From Brasilonema angustatum HA4187-MV1 (lineage in GTDB: Bacteria; Cyanobacteriota; Cyanobacteriia; Cyanobacteriales; Nostocaceae): 32,000 bases of DNA. Of this stretch, positions 25,389 through 32,000 are shown in pieces. A program made the translations under genes and the position numbers. Positions within the stretch are counted from its first letter, which is position 1. Every line of letters starts with the position of its first letter. The DNA is taken from assembly GCA_019359695.1 (NCBI GenBank), contig JAHHGV010000002.1:334534-366533 (forward strand), in the 5' to 3' direction. The notes under the pieces are model-generated. The model was not told where the DNA came from and did not search any database. It saw only the letters and a program-made list of their open reading frames with translations.

Positions 25389-26558
25389 ATGCAAATTTAT
25401 TTAGATTACAGCGCAACTACTCCCACTCGCCCAGAAGCAATAGCCGCAATGCAAGCAGTCTTAACTCAAGATTGGGGTAACCCCTCTAGCTTGCATGAGT
25501 GGGGACAACGGGCAGCAACGGTTGTGGAACAAGCAAGAATGCAGGTGGCTGGTTTAATAAACGCACCTGATCCTGAATCTATTATCTTTACTTCTGGTGG
25601 TACTGAAGCAGACAATCTGGCGATTATGGGAGTTGCGCATTTGTATGCCAAGCCCCAACACATGATTATTTCCAATGTTGAACATTCTGCTGTCGCCGAA
25701 CCAGTACGGTTGTTGGAGTTGTGGGGTTGGCAAGTGACTCGCTTAAGCGTGGATGCGAAAGGAAGAGTAAACCCCCTAGATTTAAAAGCAGCGTTACAAG
25801 ATAATACCGTGTTGGTCTCGGTTATTTACGGTCAAAGTGAAGTTGGGACATTACAACCTATTGAAGAATTAGGAAATATAGCTCGTAGTGCAGGTGTTTT
25901 GTTCCATACAGATGCTGTACAAGTGGCAGGGCGCTTAACTATAAATGTGAAAAATCTACCCGTAGATTTACTCAGCATTTCTAGTCACAAAATTTATGGG
26001 CCACAAGGTGTTGGGGCGTTGTATGTGCATCCTGGTGTAGAGTTGGTTCCTTTAGTGGGTGGTGGAGGACAAGAAAGACGACTACGTTCTGGAACGCAAG
26101 CAGTACCCATTATCGCGGGGTTTGGGGTTGCAGCCGAATTGGCAGATCAAGAATTGCCAACAGAAACACCCAGGTTAATCAAGTTACGCGATCGCTTGTT
26201 TGCCCAATTAACTGATATTCCTGGTTTGCTTCCCACTGGCGATTGCACGCACCGCCTACCTCACCATGTCAGTTTTTGCTTAGAACACGCTGATGGACAA
26301 AAACTTAGTGGCAAAACTTTAGTACGACAAATGAATTTAGCTGGCATTGGTATCAGTGCTGGTGCTGCTTGTCATAGTGGTAAGCTCAGCCCTAGTCCCA
26401 TATTATTAGCAATGGGCTATCCAGAAAACGTGGCTTTGGGAGCTATCCGCATGACACTAGGGCGCGAAACAACAGAAGCTGATGTCGATTGGGTAGCAAT
26501 GGTGTTAAGGCAAGTTTTGCAGCGACTATCACCTGTAGAATTGATTGTTAGTCGTTAG
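25389..26558 (+). CDS. cysteine desulfurase (NifS/IscS-like class V aminotransferase)
   Basis: 'SGGTEADNLAI', the PLP-lysine motif 'SSHKIYGPQGVGALY', and the catalytic-Cys loop 'SAGAACHSG'. Confidence 0.9.
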   Translation: MQIYLDYSATTPTRPEAIAAMQAVLTQDWGNPSSLHEWGQRAATVVEQARMQVAGLINAPDPESIIFTSGGTEADNLAIMGVAHLYAKPQHMIISNVEHSAVAEPVRLLELWGWQVTRLSVDAKGRVNPLDLKAALQDNTVLVSVIYGQSEVGTLQPIEELGNIARSAGVLFHTDAVQVAGRLTINVKNLPVDLLSISSHKIYGPQGVGALYVHPGVELVPLVGGGGQERRLRSGTQAVPIIAGFGVAAELADQELPTETPRLIKLRDRLFAQLTDIPGLLPTGDCTHRLPHHVSFCLEHADGQKLSGKTLVRQMNLAGIGISAGAACHSGKLSPSPILLAMGYPENVALGAIRMTLGRETTEADVDWVAMVLRQVLQRLSPVELIVSR

Positions 26559-26568
26559 TTAAATCAGT

Positions 26569-26644
26569 GAACAGTGAACAGGGAACAGGGAACAGGCAAT
26601 AGGGAAATTGATAACTGATAACTGATAACTGATAACTGATAACT
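26569..26644. repeat. STRR-type tandem heptamers
   Basis: GAACAGT and GAACAGG, 4 copies together (26569-26596), then GATAACT x5 (26610-26644). Confidence 0.9.
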
Positions 26645-26766
26645 GGTTGAAATTGCAACTGCACTCTCAGCGCGTATGCACACGAATATGACAGAGAATT
26701 ATCTGTGTTTATCTGCGTGGAGGGTGCGCTTAAAATCTAAAAATTCAAAATCAAAAATTTTTTAGT

Positions 26767-27501
26767 ATGACTCAACTTCCAAACTCTCTTGAAGATGCAA
26801 TTGTTCAAGCCGGTGAAGCAACCAAAGCAGCACTTGCAGATGGATATAAGCGCTTACAAGTTGAAATACTGATTCCAGAACTCAAACCTATGTTTGTGGC
26901 AGAGCAATTTATGCCACTTTTTGAAGAATACGGTTCTGGCTTGAAAGTTTTCTTTCCAGATGCTGGTGGTGCTGCGCTTGCGAAGCGTGATTGGGCTGAT
27001 GTGTCGTTTAAGATTTTTGATATTGGTACAGGAAAATTATCTATGGAGGACAAAATTGAACCAGAGGATGAAATTTTCTTTCTTATTGGTCCAACTGTGG
27101 TAGAAGTTTTAGAGGTGGAAAAGATCGCTCAATTGGCGGGCGATCGCCCAATAGTCATATTAAATCCTCGTTTAGAAGATTTAGGGGTAGTCGGCATTGG
27201 TTATGCTGCGCGTCAAATACGTGAACGTTTCGTCAAAACAATAGAATCTTGCTATTATCTCCGTCCCATAGATGACGAGACTGCTGTATTTCGCTCTTAC
27301 CCTGGGATATGGGAAGTTTGGCTGCAAAAGAGCGATGAGTATCAAAAGATTTCCGAATCTCCGCAAAAGCCATCTGGTGACGAGTTGGATGCAATTTTAG
27401 CTAAGGCACAGTTTAAGTCAGCTACCGTAGATGCTTCATCTGCGAAAAAGCCCAATTTGTTTAAAGGTTTGCAACGTTTCTTACGGGCGTTGAGGAATTG
27501 A
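26767..27501 (+). CDS. DUF1995 family protein
   Basis: 244 aa. 'LPNSLEDAIVQAGEATKAALADGYKRLQVEILIPELK' matches the N-terminal pattern of the cyanobacterial/plastid DUF1995 family as I remember it. Confidence 0.65.
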   Translation: MTQLPNSLEDAIVQAGEATKAALADGYKRLQVEILIPELKPMFVAEQFMPLFEEYGSGLKVFFPDAGGAALAKRDWADVSFKIFDIGTGKLSMEDKIEPEDEIFFLIGPTVVEVLEVEKIAQLAGDRPIVILNPRLEDLGVVGIGYAARQIRERFVKTIESCYYLRPIDDETAVFRSYPGIWEVWLQKSDEYQKISESPQKPSGDELDAILAKAQFKSATVDASSAKKPNLFKGLQRFLRALRN

Positions 27502-27530
27502 TTTGTTCCTTAAGAAGAACACAGAATACC

Positions 27531-27572
27531 AGGGAATAGGGAACGCTTAACAGGGAACAAGGAACAGGGAAG
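27531..27572. repeat. degenerate STRR heptamers (AGGGAAC family)
   Basis: AGGGAAT AGGGAAC GCTTAAC AGGGAAC AAGGAAC AGGGAAG. This is the same family, in a different register, as 26569-26596. Confidence 0.75.
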
Positions 27573-27710
27573 AAGTGTTTCTTATATTGGTAGTGGGTGG
27601 TACGCCTAAAAATGGGGCTGTTCCTAATAACCCTGAAAGGCATACTTTCAAGCAGGGTGAAAGCGAGTAAGGCTTCCATCCTTTTTTGTTGTTGGCTTAT
27701 GAGGTATTGG

Positions 27711-27753
27711 GCGATCGCCCAAAGGGCGGCGAGAAAGCTGGAGCATCGCGTCC
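27711..27753. repeat. HIP1-headed dispersed repeat
   Basis: GCGATCGCCCAAAGGGCGGCGAGAAAGCTGGAGCATCGCGTCC aligns with 5492-5530. The 17-mer GCTGGAGCATCGCGTCC is identical at 5514-5530 and 27737-27753. Confidence 0.7.
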
Positions 27754-27911
27754 TTTTAGTGCGCCCCTCCGGGGCTAGCGCTGCTGGCAAAGGTCGCAAT
27801 AACCGAAGGTTTTTTTGTCCTACGCAAACAGTGAATTGAAAATCAATAATTCGAAAATGAATAATAATTATTATTCTCATTATAGATGATTTTGCTCAAA
27901 TATTTTCTAAA

Positions 27912-27953
27912 TTTAAACTAAATTTAACCTTTTCTTTGACTATTGTTTAAGTC
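27912..27953. promoter_or_regulatory. candidate Pho box (PhoB/SphR-type direct repeats)
   Basis: TTTAAACT (27912) and TTTAACCT (27923) lie 11 bp apart and fit PyTTAAPyPy(T/A) with 1 and 0 mismatches. A weaker TTTAAGTC lies at 27946. The site is about 290-330 bp upstream of a phosphatase-superfamily gene. Confidence 0.25.
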
Positions 27954-28241
27954 TGAAAGGATGAATCTATATTAGGCTTAATTTGTATTGATTTATATGT
28001 TTGAATGACATTCAAACAGGTAATGGAATGAGCAACTAGTTAATATAAATTCTCCTGTCAATAAATTAAAAAGTATTAATTATCCTGTGAAATATCAGGA
28101 CTGATTTTAATTAATTAGTTCAACAACTTGCAGACTGAATCAACAAATTTATAACAAGAAGCTCTGGCAACAAAAACTCTAAATTTGTCAGATAAATTTC
28201 TCATATATCGTCTTATTTACTTTAGTACCGGAGTCATTTAC

Positions 28242-30188
28242 ATGGCAGATAATACTTTGGATGGGATCTCGACAGCAGGTAGCGGTTCCCAAGGTAGGAA
28301 CGTGATCATTTACGTCACAGATGGTCTACGCCCGAGTTCAGTGAATCCAGAAGATGCACCGACACTGTACGAACTGAGTCAGAAAGGGGTCAAGTTTGTT
28401 AACAGCCATTCATTGTTTCCTACCTTCACCACACCCAATGCATCGGCGATCGCAACTGGGCATTACCTAGGAGATACAGGAGACTTCAGCAACACGATCT
28501 ACACAGGCTATCCAGTGTTTGCTGGAGGACTAACTGGAACGCCAACGCCGTTTATTGAAAATGACGCGATTCTCAGTGACATCGACGAACATTTTGGCGG
28601 TAACTATCTAGATGAAGAAACACTGCTAGCCTATGCCCGTGAACACGGATACAACACCGCTGCAGTTGGAAAATTAGGACCAACGCTGATTCAGGATGTC
28701 ACACAGGGTAATGTTGGAGCAGATGGGAAAATACCAACACCGAAGACGATCATTATTGATGACTCGACAGGAAAGACAGGTGGTGTTCCCCTCAGTCCAG
28801 AAATCACCAAACTATTAGTGAATGCAGGGGTAGGTGCTACAACCCCCGACCGTACTAATGGTGTAGCCAGCACTGACCAGTTGAGCAACGGCTTTTCTGG
28901 GAACAATACCACTCCCGGAACACTTGCTGCTAACACCGTTCAGCAGCAGTACTTTACCAATGCGATCACTAAGGCAATCTTGCCTTACTTCAATGAACAA
29001 GAAAATGACCAAAGTAAGCCTTTTGCTTTAGTCTATTGGTCGCGTGACCCTGATGGTACGCAGCATAACCAAGGAGACAGCCTTAACAGCCTGACTCCAG
29101 GAATTAACGGTCCAACCTCGAAAGCAGGTGTGAAAAATGCTGATAACAACCTCAAGGAAATTCTGAACTATATCAACAGCGATCCACAGCTAGCAGCCAA
29201 CACCGACATTTTCATCACCGCAGACCACGGCTTTTCTACCATTAGCAAGCAGTTCACAGATGCCCAAGGAGGAAAAGTCAGCGACTATGCCTCATCCCTA
29301 ACTTATCCAGGAGTCAATCCTGGCTACTTACCTTCTGGATTTGTGGCGATTGACATTGCCCACGAATTGGCGCTACCCCTGTATGATGCTGACACAGCAA
29401 CTGCTGATGGCAAAAACTATGCTTTGGTAGACCCTACTCAAGGACAACGTCCTAGAAATGGCGACGGATTGATTGGTGGTAGTGGAGTGATTCAGGACAA
29501 GCCTGATGCCAAAGTGGTGGTTGCAGCTAATGGTGGATCAGACCTGATTTACATTCCAGACCATAACCCCGAAACCGTTAACAAAGTGGTGGATTTCTTG
29601 AGCAAACAGGATTACACCAGTGGACTGTTTGTCAGTGATGAGTACGGTTCAGTTCCTGGTGCACTACCTTTATCGTCAATTAACTTAAAGGGTTCGACTG
29701 AATTACCAACTCCTGATATTGTTTTGAACTTCCGGACATTCGCCACAGACTCAAACAATCCCTCTGGCTCACAGGTAGAAATTGCCGACACAGCCTTGCA
29801 GCAAGGTCAAGGGATGCACGGTAGCTTTGGTCGGGGCGATACTTACAACAACATGATTGCCTTCGGTCCGGACTTTAAGCAGGGCTACGTTGATAATGCA
29901 CCAGTGAGCAATGCTGACGTTGCCACCACATTGGCAAATGTTCTGGGATTTGATATTCCCAGTAATGGCGACTTGACAGGACGAGTGATCACAGAAGCAC
30001 TCTTAGGAGGTCCCGATAGTATTCCTTACACTACGGGTATCTTGAAGTCTGCTCCGACTGCTGATGGTATTAGCACTTATCTGAACTACCAACAAGTAGG
30101 TGACACTAGCTACTTTGATGCTGCTGGCTTTGGCGATCGCACTGTCGGCTTAACGACTTTTCCAGAGTCAGTCACTTCAGTGATTTAG
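28242..30188 (+). CDS. alkaline-phosphatase-superfamily protein (nucleotide pyrophosphatase/phosphodiesterase-like)
   Basis: 'VIIYVTDGLRP', 'FPTFTTPNASAIATGHY', 'FITADHGFS' and 'GMHGS' are NPP/AlkP core metal- and nucleophile-site motifs. I prefer the ATG at 28242 over the TTG at 28185. No obvious signal peptide. Confidence 0.8.
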   Translation: MADNTLDGISTAGSGSQGRNVIIYVTDGLRPSSVNPEDAPTLYELSQKGVKFVNSHSLFPTFTTPNASAIATGHYLGDTGDFSNTIYTGYPVFAGGLTGTPTPFIENDAILSDIDEHFGGNYLDEETLLAYAREHGYNTAAVGKLGPTLIQDVTQGNVGADGKIPTPKTIIIDDSTGKTGGVPLSPEITKLLVNAGVGATTPDRTNGVASTDQLSNGFSGNNTTPGTLAANTVQQQYFTNAITKAILPYFNEQENDQSKPFALVYWSRDPDGTQHNQGDSLNSLTPGINGPTSKAGVKNADNNLKEILNYINSDPQLAANTDIFITADHGFSTISKQFTDAQGGKVSDYASSLTYPGVNPGYLPSGFVAIDIAHELALPLYDADTATADGKNYALVDPTQGQRPRNGDGLIGGSGVIQDKPDAKVVVAANGGSDLIYIPDHNPETVNKVVDFLSKQDYTSGLFVSDEYGSVPGALPLSSINLKGSTELPTPDIVLNFRTFATDSNNPSGSQVEIADTALQQGQGMHGSFGRGDTYNNMIAFGPDFKQGYVDNAPVSNADVATTLANVLGFDIPSNGDLTGRVITEALLGGPDSIPYTTGILKSAPTADGISTYLNYQQVGDTSYFDAAGFGDRTVGLTTFPESVTSVI

Positions 30189-30205
30189 TATTTTGACCAA
30201 CACTC

Positions 30206-30242
30206 GGGGTGTAAGGGTGTAGGGGTGTAGGGGTGTAGGGGG
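30206..30242. repeat. tandem GGGGTGTA(A/G) units
   Basis: Four 7-9-nt units directly after the stop codon. The first 17 nt recur inverted at 20746-20762. Confidence 0.85.
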
Positions 30243-30281
30243 AAAGAAAAATCCTATTTGCTGTGTACCCAATAAAGTAGC

Positions 30282-30309
30282 GTAGGGTGGGCACTCGTGC
30301 CCACCCTAC
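30282..30309. repeat. perfect palindrome GTAGGGTGGGCAC-TC-GTGCCCACCCTAC
   Basis: 13-nt arms seen directly. It lies between the two phosphatase-family genes and may double as a terminator. Confidence 0.7.
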
Positions 30310-30371
30310 AATTTGAGGCTTTCAGCAATTCGCGCTCCAAAATCAAAGATGCTGAAAACAGGGAGGCATAA

Positions 30372-32000
30372 GTGAGAAATTTGGCGAGAACTTCTTGGAC
30401 GAAGAAATATTTTTGGCAATTGTTCGCTGCATCGTTTTTTGTCATCCTGCTAGTATGGGGAAACTGGAACCAACATGGTACTCAAGGTCAGACTGCGAGC
30501 AAACCTCAAGTTCCCAAAGTTATTTTGATTTCCCTAGATGGTGCAACACCACAACTGATTAACCAATACCTTGCTGACGGAATACTTAGCTCAAGCCAGG
30601 GTTTAGGATTACTGCAAAGCCAGGGAATAGTCGCTCAGCAGAATATCACTATTACCCCATCTCTGACTGCCCCTGGACATATTGCGATCGCAACGGGTTC
30701 TTCTGCAGCAAAGAACGATATTGACGCCAACACATTTCATCTAGTTGCTAGTCCTTTCAAAGAAAATATCAGTGGTTTTAATGCTCCCATCGGCGGCTAC
30801 TCAACTGGTATTGATGGACCGGCCCAAAGCACAGACTTGACAGCAAAGCCACTTTGGCTATCCTTACGAGAAAACGGTAAAAAGGTTGTTGCTGCCACAT
30901 TTCCGGGAGCAGATGGGGTAGATATCACGGTACCAGGATTGCCAAATAGCCCGATTGTGCAACCAGCGAATAAGAGAACCGTAGACTATACAGTACCTTT
31001 TGGAACTTTTGCTGGAGTTGGGGCGCAAGGTTTTAACCTGACAGCAACAGACTTTTCTCCCGCTCCCAAGTCAGTGATAAACCAACTCAAAGCGGCTGGG
31101 AAAGTGTCCTATAGCCGAATTTTAAAGACAAATAAATCCTTTGATAAGTTCACAGTTAATGGCGTCACTTACGACATCCAAGTCGTTGCGATCGACACAA
31201 CTAAGGATCGCAAAGTTAATTACGACACGTTAGTCTTCTTTGATGCTAACCAAGGTATTCAGCCGGGTCCCTTCAATTTACCTTCCACTGGACCTGCTTA
31301 TGTGCGAGCGAGTGGGCAAAAGTCTAGCCCATTCTACTTGGAAGGTAGCTCCAGCAAAGCAGGTACCGCTTTTTACGTAAGTACCCTGGCTCCTGACTTA
31401 TCCACTGTACGCTTTGCTCGTTACTCTGCCAATTACATTCCGCGCAACGCAGCAGTGCTAGCAAATGTGGATGATATCAACAATAATGTTGGTTTCTGGG
31501 GAAATCAGGCAGATTACCGCCTTACTGAGCGACTCAGCCCCGGATTTGAAAATTTTTCTGATGAAGAATTAGAAACTATCTACCAAGACCAGGTTCAGAA
31601 TTTTGTTGATTACCAAACCAATGTTGGTTTACGGGCAATTACTCAGAATCCCAATGCTGACCTGGCAATGATCTACATTGAGCAACCTGATGGATCAGAA
31701 CACCAGTTCCTGCTTACCGACTCACGTCAAGCAACTAACCCTCGCGACCCCAACTCTATTGCAGCAAATCAGGATCAACAGAAGATTGCCCGTTACGACG
31801 CTTATGTAAAAGCAGCTTACCAAGCTGCCGATCGCGCAATTCAACGTGTTATTGATACCGTTGGTACTGATAGCCAAGGCAGACCTAATAGCAACATCAT
31901 CGTCGTTTCAGACCACGGGTTTGCTGCTTTCCATACATCGGTCGATATCAATAACTTTCTTAAAAACAATAACTTCGATTCTAACAAGGTGAGAGCCGTA
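30372..32000 (+). CDS. second alkaline-phosphatase-superfamily protein, N-terminal 543 codons (3' end outside window)
   Basis: Not in the ORF track because there is no stop in the window. I translated it by hand and it is open from GTG 30372 to 32000. TAA lies in frame immediately upstream and GGGAGG lies 5 nt upstream. N-terminal TM 'FWQLFAASFFVILLVW'. Motifs 'ILISLDGATP', 'PSLTAPGHIAIATGS', 'IYIEQPDGSEHQF', 'VVSDHGF'. Confidence 0.8.
   Translation, partial: MRNLARTSWTKKYFWQLFAASFFVILLVWGNWNQHGTQGQTASKPQVPKVILISLDGATPQLINQYLADGILSSSQGLGLLQSQGIVAQQNITITPSLTAPGHIAIATGSSAAKNDIDANTFHLVASPFKENISGFNAPIGGYSTGIDGPAQSTDLTAKPLWLSLRENGKKVVAATFPGADGVDITVPGLPNSPIVQPANKRTVDYTVPFGTFAGVGAQGFNLTATDFSPAPKSVINQLKAAGKVSYSRILKTNKSFDKFTVNGVTYDIQVVAIDTTKDRKVNYDTLVFFDANQGIQPGPFNLPSTGPAYVRASGQKSSPFYLEGSSSKAGTAFYVSTLAPDLSTVRFARYSANYIPRNAAVLANVDDINNNVGFWGNQADYRLTERLSPGFENFSDEELETIYQDQVQNFVDYQTNVGLRAITQNPNADLAMIYIEQPDGSEHQFLLTDSRQATNPRDPNSIAANQDQQKIARYDAYVKAAYQAADRAIQRVIDTVGTDSQGRPNSNIIVVSDHGFAAFHTSVDINNFLKNNNFDSNKVRAV

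Noticed and set aside
26569-26644. Tandem repeats considered as a possible CRISPR array (also 30206-30242)
   Set aside because: The units are 7-8 nt with no spacers, which makes them classic STRR microsatellite-like arrays. No repeats of 24-40 nt with unique spacers occur anywhere in the window, and there are no cas genes.
27461-27880. 139-aa minus-strand ORF and 80-aa + ORF in the spacer after the DUF1995 gene
   Set aside because: They are open on both strands only because the segment is a GC-rich repeat (HIP1-headed element and STRR units). There is no RBS, and the peptides are implausible and overlap the DUF1995 3' end.
30254-30445. 63-aa minus-strand ORF
   Set aside because: It spans the 30282-30309 palindrome and is antisense to the start of the hand-verified open frame at 30372-32000.

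Overview
The window looks like a chromosomal segment of a filamentous, heterocyst-forming cyanobacterium (Nostocales-like). By eye there are about 20 copies of the HIP1 octamer GCGATCGC, several STRR-type tandem heptamers, and many short palindromic dispersed repeats in the intergenic DNA. I support about 26 protein genes. Housekeeping and metabolic genes are acs, a NifS/IscS-like cysteine desulfurase, ybaB/ebfC, a low-molecular-weight tyrosine phosphatase, a DUF952 + AtzG-like + AtzE-like amidase cluster, DUF1995, and two tandem alkaline-phosphatase-superfamily genes. Signalling genes are a NarL-type and a CheY-type response regulator, and a 4-Cys Ser/Thr kinase followed by a periplasmic-binding-protein gene. 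Accessory genes are an MFS exporter, a PD-(D/E)xK HSDR_N-like protein, an NB-ARC/TPR STAND NTPase, a membrane-anchored PLD-family protein and a pentapeptide-repeat protein. No rRNA, tRNA or CRISPR array was found. Four observations stand out. (1) An NLR-like STAND gene at 17850-20708 is split by a single in-frame TGA. A helical N-terminal module lies upstream of the stop. The conserved pre-NB-ARC linker lies downstream of it and has no start codon of its own. The gene sits between a PD-(D/E)xK gene and a PLD gene, so this may be a conflict or programmed-cell-death locus. (2) Interleaved duplications of the amidase 3' end and the response-regulator 3' end (3093-7387) have a junction at HIP1 sites. 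This is the layout expected from Campbell-type integration of a circularised fragment carrying the MFS gene. (3) A roughly 600-nt block at 13941-14545, between convergent genes, has no credible ORF, is relatively GC-rich and is dense in hairpins. It is either an unclassified structured RNA or a pile-up of palindromic repeats. (4) A MITE-like family has shared termini but different internal hairpins. All functional calls rest on motif recognition by eye, because no database search was possible.
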